Part shown: positions 1-12,845 of the stretch, piece after piece | How positions within the stretch are numbered: position 1 is the stretch's first letter | Layout: the number at the start of each line of letters is the position of its first letter | DNA from: Callorhinchus milii | Lineage: Eukaryota | Assembly (NCBI RefSeq): GCF_018977255.1 | Contig: NW_024704743.1 | Location: forward strand, 56,360,001-56,424,000 | Direction: 5' to 3' | Length of the DNA: 64,000 nt | The notes under the pieces: model-generated | Seen by the model: the letters and a program-made list of their open reading frames with translations, nothing else | Database searches by the model: none | Told to the model about the DNA's origin: nothing | Program-made: the position numbers and the translations under genes

Positions 1-394
1 CTTTTAACATGTATGAATGGAAGTTGACAGGAAAAGAAAAGATTACTTCCCCTCTACCTACTTTTGCATCCAATAGATTTGGAGGCATTCCCTTGTAATT
101 TGGCATTGCAGTGGCACATGCCCCAGTGCCAGCACAATAAAAATCCTGCTAAGACTTGGAGCTGGTAGGAGACCTGCCAACATATGCAGTTTGTGGCTTT
201 TGTTCTGTTCTTGAATCTCTCAAAACAAGGGCATTCAATGACTCTACTGACCTGAAGTCACTGGTTTTGCTGGCGGAAAAGTATTGTAAAAATATAATAA
301 ATCAATATTGCTCCAGCACTTTGAGACATCCTCCCAATATACAAGGCAGTATATAAATGCAAATTGTATTGTATAATTTTTTTTTCTTCTGGGC

Positions 395-940
395 CAAGCA
401 GTTTGATCTCAGCTGAGAGCAATAGTTAAGGGTTCAGCAATTGCCCTTGAAGAGGCAACTTGGGCCTTCAAGATTCAGCTCCGGGGGTATAGCAAAAGAG
501 CATGTAAATGGCACTGAAAAGATTGCTCTCGAGAGAACAGGCACAGACATGATGGGATGATCATTGAATATATTCAAGACTGAGATCGATAGATTTTTAA
601 AACCTAAACGGATTAAGAGATATGGGGATAGAGCAGGTAAATGGAATTAGGTTAGAAGATCAGCCATGATCTTATTAAATGGCAGGGCAGGCTTGAGGGG
701 CCGAATGGCCTACTCCTGCTCCTATTTCTTATGTTCTTATGAATGCCCTTTTTCTGTGCTGTAAATTTCTATGGTTCGAGCATCATCTTTGGGTTGGAAA
801 TGGTAAAATCAGTCTATGATCTCACTCCTTGATCTTTCTCCAGTGACCTCTGCTGGAAATGATGTCTGGGGATATGTCAGGTGAGGATAGGATTGGGCTG
901 TGCCTGAGGTTCCCTTTGTGGTCAAATAATCTGGTAACAC
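395..940 (+). mobile_element. Old unclassified SINE-like repeat, split by CR1 tail insertions
   Basis: Segments (tgatctcagctg; ccagtgacctctgctggaaa...ggtgaggataggattgggct...ggtcaaata) resemble 18790-19100 (+) and 5465-5765 (-). Confidence 0.55.
483..777 (+). mobile_element. CR1 LINE 3' tails: a younger tail (561-741) nested in an older one
   Basis: tcattgaatatattcaagactgagatcgatagattttt...gggccgaatggcctactcctgctcctatttcttatgttcttatg is a typical CR1 3' end. Its flanks rejoin as ggcacagacatgatggg|aatgcccttttctgtgctgtaaatttctatg. Confidence 0.8.
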
Positions 941-942
941 TA

Positions 943-1260
943 ATGTGGCAGCCAATTTGTGCACAGCAAAGTCCCACAAACAGCTGTGAAGTGAATGACC
1001 AATTATATTTGCTGGATTGTTGGCAGGACTATGGGAAAAACACTCTTTTCGAATGATGCAATGTGAACTTTAATGCCCATCTAAAAAGGCAGATGGGGCC
1101 TTGGTTTAACATCTCATCTGAAGGACAGCACCTCCAACAGTGCAGTACACTGCAGCACTGCAATGGAGTGTCAGCTTACCCTATATGAGTTCCAAGTCCT
1201 GAAGTGGGGCTTGAATCTACAATCATCTGATTCGCAGGTGAAAGTGCCACCAACTGACAC
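943..1260 (-). mobile_element. Long Deu-domain tRNA-derived SINE (SacSINE1-like)
   Basis: Reverse complement carries a tRNA-like head, gctgtccttcagatgagatgttaaaccaaggcccc and gctgtttgtgggactttgctgtgcacaaattggctgcc. Confidence 0.8.
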
Positions 1261-1885
1261 AGCATTAATGTGTGGAACGAGGAAAGGTCATTTCCCACAT
1301 TAGATGAAGCAGACTTTGTGGAACTTGAACTGACCAAAGTTCTCTAGCACACTCAGTCTTCAAAGGAAACCGATTGTTCAGAGAGAAAACCTTCAAGAAG
1401 ATAAAACTGAAACTATTCCTTATCTCCCAAAAATAAATCAAGACAAAATTCTTTCAGGCTAGAACCATGCATTATTCAACCCTTACCACCTGTACTCTAT
1501 AGATGACATATCAATCATCCCAACAGGACCTGGACCACAGTATGTACTCTGTGTTCATCGATCTCTGTACTTGTGACTTAATCAGATATTTGTACCGTGC
1601 ATTAATAAAGGAATCATTTAGCACAATGTAAACTATTCCTTCTTGCTTTTCCTTCAGTGCTAATTTTACATCCTCTCGAATGAAATTTGGAACTCAGGTC
1701 TTTTTAATAACCGCAGAAAATTGGGCTTCTAAGCTGAAACCATATTTAAGAACTTTTCACAATTCTGTGTGAATTTAATTTTTTTAGTGACCTAACAGGA
1801 TAAGACTGAACATAATTTCAGTTGAGTTTTTATTCTATGTGTGCACCACTCTGTGAGGTCAAAATTTTTTTGATTCTTTTTCCAG

Positions 1886-2081
1886 GTTGATGGTATTTTG
1901 CTGGATTTGAGTAATATTTCCCTGGAAGGCATTGCTGTGTTGAACATACCAAGCATACATGGAGGATCAAACCTTTGGGGCGAGAGCAAAAAAAGACGGA
2001 GTTATCATCGAGCCAGTAAAAAGGCACCAGATAAACGGGGCACAGTTTTAGATGCTAAAGAGCTGAAGTTCTGTGCTCAAG
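1886..2081 (+). CDS. DGKB: Diacylglycerol kinase beta, internal coding exon (accessory catalytic subdomain), 196 nt, phase 0 in / phase 1 out
   Basis: Acceptor ttctttttccag|GTT (AG 1884-1885), donor CAAG|gtaaga (2082). Translates [65 protein letters not shown]. LEGIAxLNIPSxxGGxNLWG is the type I DGK motif. The ESKKRRS...DKR...DAKELKF insert resembles DGKB more than DGKG or DGKA (recognised from memory). Confidence 0.95.
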
Positions 2082-3650
2082 GTAAGACTCTCTACAGTCT
2101 GTGCTATAAGAATATTTTAAAATCAATACATGAAGCCAGTTCTCTTGTACAATAGTAACATTCATTTATCTGTCCCCAAAACTCTGCGAACATATTGAAC
2201 ACAAATATGTTTCTTCAACAGAAGTAGTGACCTTGTCTTTAGCTTACCCCAGAATATTATGAATTAAGAAAAAAATCTGTTGGTTCATCCGTTACTCTTC
2301 ATTAGTTCTTTGTTGCAACATTTTCCCATTAAAAGATGGGTGTTTTTGCAAAGCCAGAATTTTCTCTCAGTGCCAATGTATCGTGATACAAATAGTGCAC
2401 GGCAGCATCAGAAATACAGCATTTGATCTGCAATGAGGTATTTTAACAGAATACAAATGCCAAGACACTGGACTCAAAAAGCAGCTTGATGCTGTGATGG
2501 GACAACGGTAGGATGTGTATTCTGAAGGGATGAGATGGACCAAAGGGCTACCTTCATTAAAGGTGCTAAATAAGTGTAAATTTGTGTCTTCTTCATAGAA
2601 TTATACAGCACAAAAGGAGGCCATTCGGTGCATCGTGTCTTGTATTAGATGACGAGATAAATGTATTGAAGAAACCTTTTGGGAAATTGAGTAGATGGGT
2701 AGATGAGATGGATCAATGGTGGACTCTTATCTGAAATTGTTGGGACTATTCACATATCTTCTGCTCCATCAGTGTAGTCCTCTGTACTTGACATTTTAGC
2801 ACCAGCAGAAATGTGGGCAAATATGGAGTAGATCTGGGTAATTTGTACATAATTGTATGTAACCAAGCTTCCAATGAACCTACTAAAAGGATCCAACCGG
2901 AAGGGACATGAATACTAATGCTTTCCTCATTTCAACATGTTCTCTGGGGAATTTGGATCTTTTTATCTTGATTAGAGACTTCCCATACTACATCTTCACT
3001 TGAAACACAATAGGTGAGTCTGCAGCTGGCTTCAAGAATGAATCCTTTGTTGCCTGAAGGATACTGGACAGCTTATCAAGTCGAAAAGGTGATTTTCACA
3101 AACAATCTTCATGGCAATCCACATAGGAGGAGGCAGTTGAAAACCTGCCACAGGCACTGGTCAATGATAGAATTCCTGCTGGGAATGACTTGTTTAGACA
3201 ATTGCATCTGCAAATAAAAAGATACAGTTCATACGTTGTGTTTGTCAAAGGAAATATGCACTGAGTCAGGAGCACACCTTGAACAAGAGTTTTCTGCCTG
3301 AGGCAGCTGCTGGAAAGAGAGGCCCTTCTCTTAATTCCTCCTTTTCTTCATCTGGAAAGATGGAGAATTCTGCTTCAAAATCAATCACTCTCTCTGAGTG
3401 AATTGGCTGGAGTCTACATCCCTCAGGCACTGCATGAAACTGAAGCTGTGCAGGACTCTCTGACACTGACCAGAGTCAATACCCTGTGGCATGACTCAGT
3501 ATGATTCAATGACTGGGGAAAAGCGACAATTGAAGATGATTAGCAAAGGGGAGGGGAGGGGGGGAATTAGGAGGAATGTATTTACACAGAGTTTAGGATG
3601 TGGCATGCCCTTCTGGGTATGGTGTTTGAGGCATATTTCATATTTCTTGT

Positions 3651-3935
3651 GGCGTCCTGGAGCTCAGTGCCTTCCAAGCGAGACACCTGGGTTCATTGCA
3701 GGCAGGGCGAAACCTTGGGCAAATTTCCTTACTCCACACGCCTAATAATAATCCCTCCAAAACAAAACAATAATAAATTGGTCATTTTCAATCCACGACT
3801 GTTTGTGGGACACTGCTGCGTGCAATTGGCTGCCGCGTTTCGCCCACAAATATACAGTCAATTCACTTTACAGTCTAGTTGAGACGTCGAGAAGACGTGA
3901 AAAGCTCTATATCAAATGCAAGGATTATTATTATT
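3651..3935 (+). mobile_element. Short tRNA(Ala)-like SINE, short form
   Basis: gg(a/c)gtcctg head, gggcgaaaccttgggcaa, ctgtttgtgggacactgctg...caattggctgccgcgtt, tail tatatcaaatgcaaggatt(att)n. Confidence 0.9.
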
Positions 3936-5464
3936 GTTAACTTTTGACAGGAGACAAGAAAGATATCTTAAAAAGCAATGTGCAGGAAAAAAGGATAGGT
4001 AAATGGGACTGAATGGGTTGCTTTTTCAAAGAACCAACACATACATGATGGGCTGAGTGGCTTTTATCTGTGCTATAATTTTCTATGCTACTAAGTATTG
4101 CGAAAGGAATCATGTGATTGCCTGTAGTGTCTCTCTGTAGGAGATGACTGACTGATCTTCAATTACGAGTAGTATTAATGTGACCCTTGCCTTCCAGGAA
4201 TGGGAGGTTAACCAGGTTTGTAATTAATTGGACATTCAGAACAGACAGACAGGAAAATGAATAGGAGAAAATGTCAGAAAAAAAGGGTTAAACAAGTCAT
4301 TTAAACCAAGCAACCCTTATCAGGTGAACATAGAGGAACGGTCCACTACTGTTGCCAAATTATTGCCAATATAATGTTGTATGTGTACAGGGTGGGTTGG
4401 GATGCGAAAAGTGAGTCAAATGTCTTCTTGCACACATGTGGCACTAAATGATTTTAAAAGCCAGCACAAGTGAATCCAAATTGTCTGAATCAGTAAAGAG
4501 CTCAGCAACAATGGACTTGACTGAGGCGCAATCCCTGAAGAGCTATTTAATGAGATCTGTGTGCTCAAGGCTTGCTCTGCTGCCAGTACTTGCACAGCTC
4601 CTCTTGAGCAGAAGGTGTGACTACATCGGCAGTGAGCTGTTGTGCGAGAGCCCAAGTCTGCTCAGCATGATCCCATCAGCAGGGACTCATCTGATCTCTA
4701 TTCAAGCCACGTTCAGTTTTTCATGTGATAAAAGCACACTTCCTGCTTGTGTTTTTGCTTAATATGACAAATGTACAGTTAACAATATTGGAAAATATGT
4801 TTTCGTATAATTAACAGATAATAGTTGTGCATTACTGAAAAAAAATCACAAATGCTGTTTGAAGCATCTTTCAGTTCTGGCAGGGAAGGACTTTGCTATT
4901 CGTTTGCTAAGTTTAGCATATTTACTACTGTACTAATTCAGTGTTTACTGCACTAGGTGAGTCTATTCCACATACTAAGAACTTGAATCATAAAGAAGTT
5001 GAGCATAAATAAGTTAATTCCTGTTGTGAAGTTAAACTTGTGGCTTTCTCAGTGTATAATCACATTAGCTACTTTTATGCAATGTACCCCTTTTACATCC
5101 AACTTACTGCTTTATTTTTCTATTTGAAAAAACATGATATTTTTTGAGTTTTGATGTAGCACCGGGTGTCGGTGAAGGGCTGGAAATCCTGCTAAAATGT
5201 AAGTAGTGAATAAGACATTTTAAACCAAGAAAGTACTGTAGCATTTGTAATGGTAGAGTGTCCCAGGAGCAGAGCAAGTGAACCGTGTAAAAAGCGATGT
5301 CAGCACAGGCTAACCTGTACATTAACTCCACTACTGCTGGTATAGGTTCAGGTTCAGTACAGGCAACGATTGCACTGCTGCATGGTGTACGTCTCTGGCA
5401 TTAGTTAATTTTTCCTCACTTTTCTCCTTCTCTTTCCTCTCCTGAAGTTAATAACTCCTGCTGG

Positions 5465-5765
5465 GTTCACAGTTCCATGCTCCCGGCAGTCATCCAGTAC
5501 CTCATCACAGTGAGCCACAGCAGGATATTCTACCTCGTGGAGCATCTCGACTGAGCCCACACCTCCCTCCCCTGATGTCCACTCACATGCACATGGGAAG
5601 CAGGAGCCCTGATTCATGTGTTCACTCCTGGGCCAGGGACATTGATTGAGACCAATTATCGAGCTCCCACTGCTACCCCACTAAGCTCAGACAGCTCAAT
5701 AGAGCACACGCTCTGATCGGTGCAGAAGCACATCAGACAGTGCAGTTACCCACTGAATCACTGGG
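5465..5765 (-). mobile_element. Old unclassified SINE-like repeat (same family as 395-940 and 18790-19100)
   Basis: Shared segments in reverse orientation (ccagtacctc, cctgatgtccac, gcaggagccctg, ccaatt...cccactgctacccc). Confidence 0.5.
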
Positions 5766-6554
5766 TGAACTCCATAAGGTGATTATCCGTGGACTAGCAA
5801 ACCCTGCATTGTCTGGGATCGTGGCACATTCTCCCAACCTGAAAGGTGCTATATGAATGCAAACTTGTTATCACACAGAGGCACAAACCATTAATGGTAT
5901 TACATCAAATTAACCATGAAACACTAAAATCAATCCGATGGTAACTTCACGATTAGGTGGAATGAGAACATTTCGTCCAAAACGCTCAAGGGTTTGACCA
6001 TGATAACCGTCATCTCTCCCCTCCCCACCCCCTTCGGCTCCCATGCCTAGCCAGCAGTGTGAAGCACTTTGAGACATCCTCCCGATGTGAAGGACACCGT
6101 ATAAATGTACATAAATCAACATTTTGCTTTGATGTGATTGATATATTGACCTGCACCTCACTGGGATGTTGAGATGTGGGACCCCATTCCTTTGCATTGC
6201 AAAAACAGGGTAGGGCCGGGGCAGGTGATATCTATGCCATTGTTGTGATTTCAGTGTTCAATTGCTCCCCTTCATTTTATTTTGGTCCTCAACATTTGAT
6301 TTCCAGTTTTGTTGCATGATTTGTACTCTTTGCCTACAAACTACACAGTCACTACACCTTATAGTAAAACCTGTGAAGTGCTTTAAGATAGTCCCCTGTT
6401 ATAAGGTGCTATACCAAATATTATTTCTACTAGTGTGAGGGCTTTTACCCTAACTGTGACTCAATGTACCTTGTAAACTTTAGATCAACCAGTTTTTCCC
6501 TGAACGTACTCAGTTCTGAATATGGTCTTAAGGAATCCTGGTGAAGAAAGGGAC

Positions 6555-6790
6555 AATACTATTTACATCTATCTAGCTTGACAGTACTGGATGGGCACCC
6601 AAGCTGTGGGTGGAAGCTGAGGGGGGATGGGAAGGAGAATGATGCCTCATAGTCATAGAGGTACATTTTGAGATGAGCCTTGAATGTGGGAAGAAAAGGG
6701 AACAAATCAGAGGGTCTCTGGGATAGAGTTCGAGAGAGTGAGGCAAAATTGTGGCAGAGGACACAAAGTAAGCCGATGTTCCCTGAACAA
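6555..6790 (-). mobile_element. Degenerate L2 LINE 3' end
   Basis: Reverse complement resembles the other L2 3' ends (translates as FKAHLKMYLY, compare FKTHLKTLLF). Confidence 0.55.
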
Positions 6791-7829
6791 AAGGAGCAGC
6801 CAAAATGATCAATCTTTAGTGCCCACAATAGTTCACTCTTGTTTTACAATAGGATAAACATGGTAAAGATTTCTAGAAAGCGATCAAACCTTTTAGCCAA
6901 ATAAAATCAGTTCATTGATTTCACTTTTATTAAAACCATTCTGTTTAATGCAGTGTTAAAGTTCTTTGACAGCTAGTACTGAAGTTAATTTTCATCGAAA
7001 CTCTCCCTTTTCCCCAAACCCCACTCACACCCCGAATCTGTCTGGAACATCCAAGACCTTCCCATGTTCGAATGTTTCCTCCCTAGAGCCCTGAAGGGTT
7101 GCTTTTATTTTTAAAACCAAACTGTCTAGCAGTTTGCAATGATGTTTTCTTGGAAAAACAAAACAAAAGTAATGTGTAATGCCTTGGAGCTCTACCTTCT
7201 CTCAGTGACATGATCATTATTTGATAAGTGGTTTTAAAAAAAGTGCAGGTGAGAATTAGAATGGATTTTTTTTAATGGAACTTGCTGAGGCCAAGTCTGA
7301 TATCCAGGTCAGCATAAACTGAAAGGAGTATTAATCTAAACAGGATTGTGCACGATGACACCTTACAGCCTTAAAGGTACAATCTGTTTTTTTCCTACAG
7401 TAAATTACATTTATAGTTTAAGCCGCACGTGTAATACGAGTTATTTCAAAAGTTTTGCCTTGGTTTCAGCTTGGCTCATTTGGAAGTATTCTCGACTGGA
7501 TCGCAACCATTATAGGTTCAAGTCCAAGATTGGAACTTGTGCCCACAGTCAAGGCTTGTAGTGCTGGGTGGAATAATGTATCTCTTCCTTGTGAAGCACT
7601 CTGAGACGCCATTCACGTGCACAAAGTTATATAAATAGAAGATGTTGTATTGTTGGCGAGGATATGGTTCAGATGAGGCATCCTTGCCTGCCTGTTCACA
7701 AATGGATTCTAAAAGAGAAGGGAATTTTTTCTGGTATCTTGGCCAGAATTCTTCCATATAAAATTGGTCTTTCACTTCACAGCAGGTTGACAGAACTTGC
7801 TATATGCAAAATATCTCTATAAATCCTAT

Positions 7830-7952
7830 AACCCTTGCATTTGATAGAGCGCCTTATCACATCTTCAAGATGTCTCAAAGCGCTTCACAGAATATACTGT
7901 AAAGTGAATTGACTGTATATTTTGTGGACAAAATGTGGCAACCAATTGTACA
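7830..7952 (-). mobile_element. 3' fragment of the short SINE
   Basis: ccttgcatttgatagagcgcc...aaagcgcttcacagaatatactgtaaagtgaattgactgtatatttt. Confidence 0.8.
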
Positions 7953-8099
7953 TCTCTCTTTACCTGCAAGAAAATGTCATTATGCTTCACAATAACTGCT
8001 CTAAAGCCTTTGACGATGTTACTCCATAATAAGACATTATAGAAATGTAAGTTCCTTATGTATTGGTGAGTTATTATGTATTTTCACTTGTAACCTGAG

Positions 8100-8385
8100 A
8101 TTAGTGTTGGCGTTAGCATTCTTGGCTCTAGTCAGAAGGTTGCAGGTTCAAGCCCCACATCAGGACCTGAGCTCATATTCTAGGCTGATATACTCCAATG
8201 CTGGGGGTGCACTGCATTTTTAGAGGTGCTGTCAGATAAGATGATAACCACAATCCCATCTGCCTATTAAAGATCCCATGACACTGTTCAAAAAGGATTT
8301 ACTTCCAATGTCCTGGCCAGGAATTCTCCTAAAAAAAATCTGTCATTCACCTCATGGCTGTCTGTTGGGTGTTGCTGTAAGCTTT
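8100..8385 (+). mobile_element. Long Deu-domain SINE, degenerate
   Basis: tcagaaggttgcaggttcaagcccca...taggctga...aaagatcccatgacactgtt...gtcctggcca. Confidence 0.75.
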
Positions 8386-9211
8386 GAAATATTTCACTAA
8401 TGATAATTACCACATCACAAGTTTATTTTTTTATCCACACTCTTATGACTCTTTGTTAAAGTGAGAATGAATATAGCCATGTAAATGCCAAATATGATCC
8501 GACAAATGAAGCATTTATATTCTTCATCTTTCCGATTTTCCAAATCAGCTTGCTTTAAAACAGCTGTAGAGGAAGATTGAGTGCACCACTGGAGATGATG
8601 TTCATATTTAGCTTACCTGAGGCCACAACTGGCATGATAGTGTGAAATAAGTGTTAGGGGTGCCAAGAATCTGCCATATTGAGGTGATGTGCCTATCGCT
8701 GTATTAATTGAACACATTCACTATAATCATAAATTATTTTGGTCTTTTCATACATTAACTATGTGTTAAAATATTCAGTGCAGTGCCAGGTTTAATGTAC
8801 ACATTATTTTGATTATAACACACATGCAAGTAAGCCAAATGTACAGTTGTGTAAAAACACAATATAACAACAACTTGCACTTATATAGCACCCTCCACAC
8901 AGGGTAGTGTCTCAGAGCGCTTAACAGTTACTGTGAGGCCTTGTAAGAAAATAAAGAGATATAAATGTATTGGTTATGTTGAGGCCTCAAGAAAGAAAAA
9001 GGAGCAATGAATTATTAAATGAATATCTAACTTGTGGTATTTCTTAACAGATCCTTTAATAAGCAATTAGTTGCTAAATGAGAACTGTAGTAACTGGATG
9101 CCGACATGTAGGAATTCCAATTTGATGAGCTATACTCAATCAAAGGAATCTTATTAAGAAATGCCGCAAAATAGATCTCCAATTTAGTCATAATATTCAC
9201 CTCGTCTGATA

Positions 9212-9485
9212 TTGCACCTTATCACATTGTTGAAACATCTCAAAGAGTTTCATAAGATTTACTGTTAAGTAATTCATATTTGTGTATTAGTAGGTAAACA
9301 GCAGCCACTATGCACACAGCCATGTCCCACAAACAACCTCAAAGTGAGCAATTGATTTTATAAGGGGTTTGTTGGCGAGGATGTCAGAAGGAACTGCATT
9401 TTCTTTAAAAGTAGTTCCACTGAGTCTTTCATGCTACCTGAACAGACAGATGGGACCTTGGTTTAATGTTTCTTTCAAAGGATGG
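9212..9485 (-). mobile_element. Long Deu-domain SINE, degenerate
   Basis: gcagcc...gcacacagccatgtcccacaaaca...cctgaacagacagatgggaccttggtttaatgtt. Confidence 0.7.
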
Positions 9486-12400
9486 TTTTCAAGTTTACCA
9501 TCTGTATCCAGCTACAGATTTGATTTTTACTTAGCGAAACACACAATAAACTCAATTAGATCTCTATTGCTGCCAATAACAACTTGCATTTATATAGTGC
9601 CCTTCACGCGGGGAAGAATCTCAGTGCGCTGATTCCTAACGAACAGAGAATTCACAGGTGATCACAGGTCTTTATTTGAATCAAGTTATATAACAGATAA
9701 GATATATATCTTCGCAAAGCTGGTGAAGATAATATTTAGCTTGAATCCTGAAATATATAGAAGGGGAGTAAATCAGTATACCTAAACACATTTCATGAAT
9801 GAAGTTTATCAACAGAGACAGAAAATGTAATTAAATGTGTTCCTAAAACCAGATCTCAATGCCCATTTGGGGAGTGAACAGTCCAACTTCTGGACTGTTG
9901 TTTCCTCAGAAACCTCTGCAGATTCAGAATCAGCACCATGTTTATTTTAAATCTGATGAGGATCAGGAACTCATTTTATTGCTGAAGGTGCCAGTGTTTC
10001 AACACTGCTTCACCAGATCCAAGATTAAAATCAAGCCATTATATCCCAGATAGTACTTAATCATCTTTGTGTATCAACCAGGTGAGATCCATTTCTTTAT
10101 ATGTGGAATCTAAACTGGGTTAGCTGCTTGGAATAATTTGCTTTCAATCAAGCCATTTGCTCGGGTTCACTGTTGTATTGGGATCACATTTTTGCTTTTT
10201 TTTAAAAAACACATATATATAAAATCTGAAAGAAGTGACAATATTTTGAGATACAATGAGAAATTATCAGAACAAAGTATCTAATATAGTCAGTGTATTT
10301 TGCCTTTAATGTAACTGTAAATATGATCAAATTAATTGACGTGTATAATGACAAGGGCTGGGGAGAGCTATAGAACAGTCGGGGTTTGTGCAATTGCAGG
10401 TGATACTATGAAAGCATCCCATTTAGATGTTCTCACAAGTTGCCAAATTAATGTCGTCTGTGCTATTCTGTTAACAGGCAAGCAGAAGGAATTACACTTG
10501 GAGAAATTTTGTTTCCCTTTATAGTGGCACTTTCTAGCACCGTAACATCGCCAGACTGTGAGCTGATGGCTCATCACACTAAAGTGTGAAGAAAGCAATG
10601 TGCTACTGTACAATTGGGACATTACTGGCACATAAACCTCTTCATTACCATAATTATGGCACAGGATAGAACAAAGTATAATGGGCATTATCCTGATTTC
10701 CCTCAGTCAAAATTATAAAATAGCTTCATTAATATACTATCCACCAATGCTGTTTGATAGGGGTACACGGTTCATTTTGAAAGCTCAGTAGCTCATCAGT
10801 CAATGACCGTCTTTAGAAGTAATGATGGCTAATTGTACTCTATTGACATAGCCACATATCATGACATTTTATTGCTCTTTAGAAGTGGCAGGGACTGGCT
10901 GTGTATCATTACTCTGCAGGTATAAATAGTAACGTGCAGTCAGATGGAGGAATAAATGTGCAGCAGACTCTGATTTTTGATTCCCTGATCTTTACTAACT
11001 CTGTACCAGATTGCATACATTGATTATTGCGACTGCAATAAATTAACATTGCCACCTTTGGCAATAGAGCAGTCTCCAGTCAAAGGTTAGACTTTTTTTC
11101 TTTTGAGACTCGAGACAAAAAGGAAGAAAAGATCAAATTACATTGCTTACTGATTATTGCCTCCTGACTTGAATTCGTACTTCTACCAGACAGCTGCAAC
11201 ACCACAGCATTCACTTTACTGGTGTCTGCTGTGTGTTGAACAAGGTCATCATTCAGTGATTCTGATCTCTTGAACTTTACACACTCGGGAGAGGGGGAAA
11301 GAATTAGAAGCTGTTAGGGGGTGAATGCTTTTCAACTGCATTGCAATTGACTATAGTGCTGCAATTGGCCCAGTACCTCTGGGATAGGAAAGGGTTAATT
11401 CATTATAATAATAATCATGATCATAATCCTTGCATATAATATAGTGCCTTTCACATCAAGACTTCTCAAATCACTTTACAGGAATTAGTGTAGTGTATTT
11501 TATAGGTGAAAGCACCAGACAATTTGCATACAGCAAATGTTCCATAGATAGTCGTGAAGTGAATGACTATCCCACCTACATATGGAAATTCTAGAGATAT
11601 TTATTGGAATGGAATGCCCACTCTCCCTGGAGGGATGAATCCTGCTGGCCTTCCGGAGAATATTAGGCACAGGTTAGAAAAAGCTTGGGGACCCCAGAGT
11701 GTGTGTTGGGGTACTGCTGGAGTCTAACCAGCTAAACTGAACAGCTTGCCTTCAGAAAATGAGGGTAGGATATTAAAAAGTTGAATAAATTCCTGACTAG
11801 ATTCCTACAGAAAACATTCTGACTCAGTTTTGACAAATATCTACAATATTCTTTGAACAGTTCATTTAATTCAGAAAATAACAAAAACTGATTGGAGTTA
11901 ATCAAATGTAATCACGAAATTAAGCAATGCCATTGCATATCCCAGGCATTTACACTGATGAAAATGACAATAATTTGTATTTATACGGCGTCCTTAATGC
12001 AAGATAGGGTCTTGGACCACTGAATAGGTCAAATGACAACCCGTAATGGCAGAGAAAGATTAAAATTATTAACAGTACAAAGCCTCCAGCAGCTAGTACA
12101 CAGTCCTTTGACTTGCTTGTAGCTTCTTCAACTTCAAAATTTCAATATCTACTTTATATCTCTTCTAGTCATTAATTTACTGTATCCCATCGATTATTCT
12201 TTATCCTCAATGGTAGCAGTTTCTTACATCACAGTGTTGTAAAACTGGTCTTGGATGTCATACAGTCTGAAAGGTAGGGCAGGGAATTGTTGACTGAGTT
12301 TAGGATTGGCCATGGAAATTGTCTTATTCAACTTCCTATCTTACTGAGAGTTGTGCACAGCAGAATTCTATTTCATGCAAGTGGAACAATTGCCTTATGT

Positions 12401-12594
12401 GGCTTTTAAACTGTTCTTTCCTGTACTTTCATGTAATGTACCTTGAGCTGCAGAATAAGAATTTAGCTGCCATTGGACAGAAAATAATAAAGTTGGAGAT
12501 AAATGTTTGATGGACAGACAATTGTAGAAGGGATAAGAAAAGAAGCCAGAGCAGATGAAAGATTAGTTAAATTAATTTACTTTCAAAGAGGTAT

Positions 12595-12845
12595 TGTGTT
12601 TAATTGTCAAGCTGAGGTCCTGTCTGATCAGGTGGACGTTAAAGATCCCATGGCACTATTCAAAAAAAAGAGTTTCTCCCAGTGTCCTGGACAACAATTC
12701 CCCAGATAAAATTGATCATTCACACCATGGCTGTTTGTGGGACATTGCTCTGTGAATATTGGCAGCCGCATTCGCCTACAAAATGTACAGCCGCTTCACA
12801 TTACTTTAATTCCTATGAATCACTTTGAGACATTTTGAGAGTTGT
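12595..12845 (+). mobile_element. Long Deu-domain SINE, 5'-truncated
   Basis: caggtggacgttaaagatcccatggcactattc...gtgtcctgg...ggctgtttgtgggacattgct. Confidence 0.85.

Noticed and set aside
1898..2155. ORF-track entry treated as a stand-alone 85-aa protein
   Set aside because: It is the DGKB exon 1886-2081 read through the donor into the intron; the TTG start is internal.
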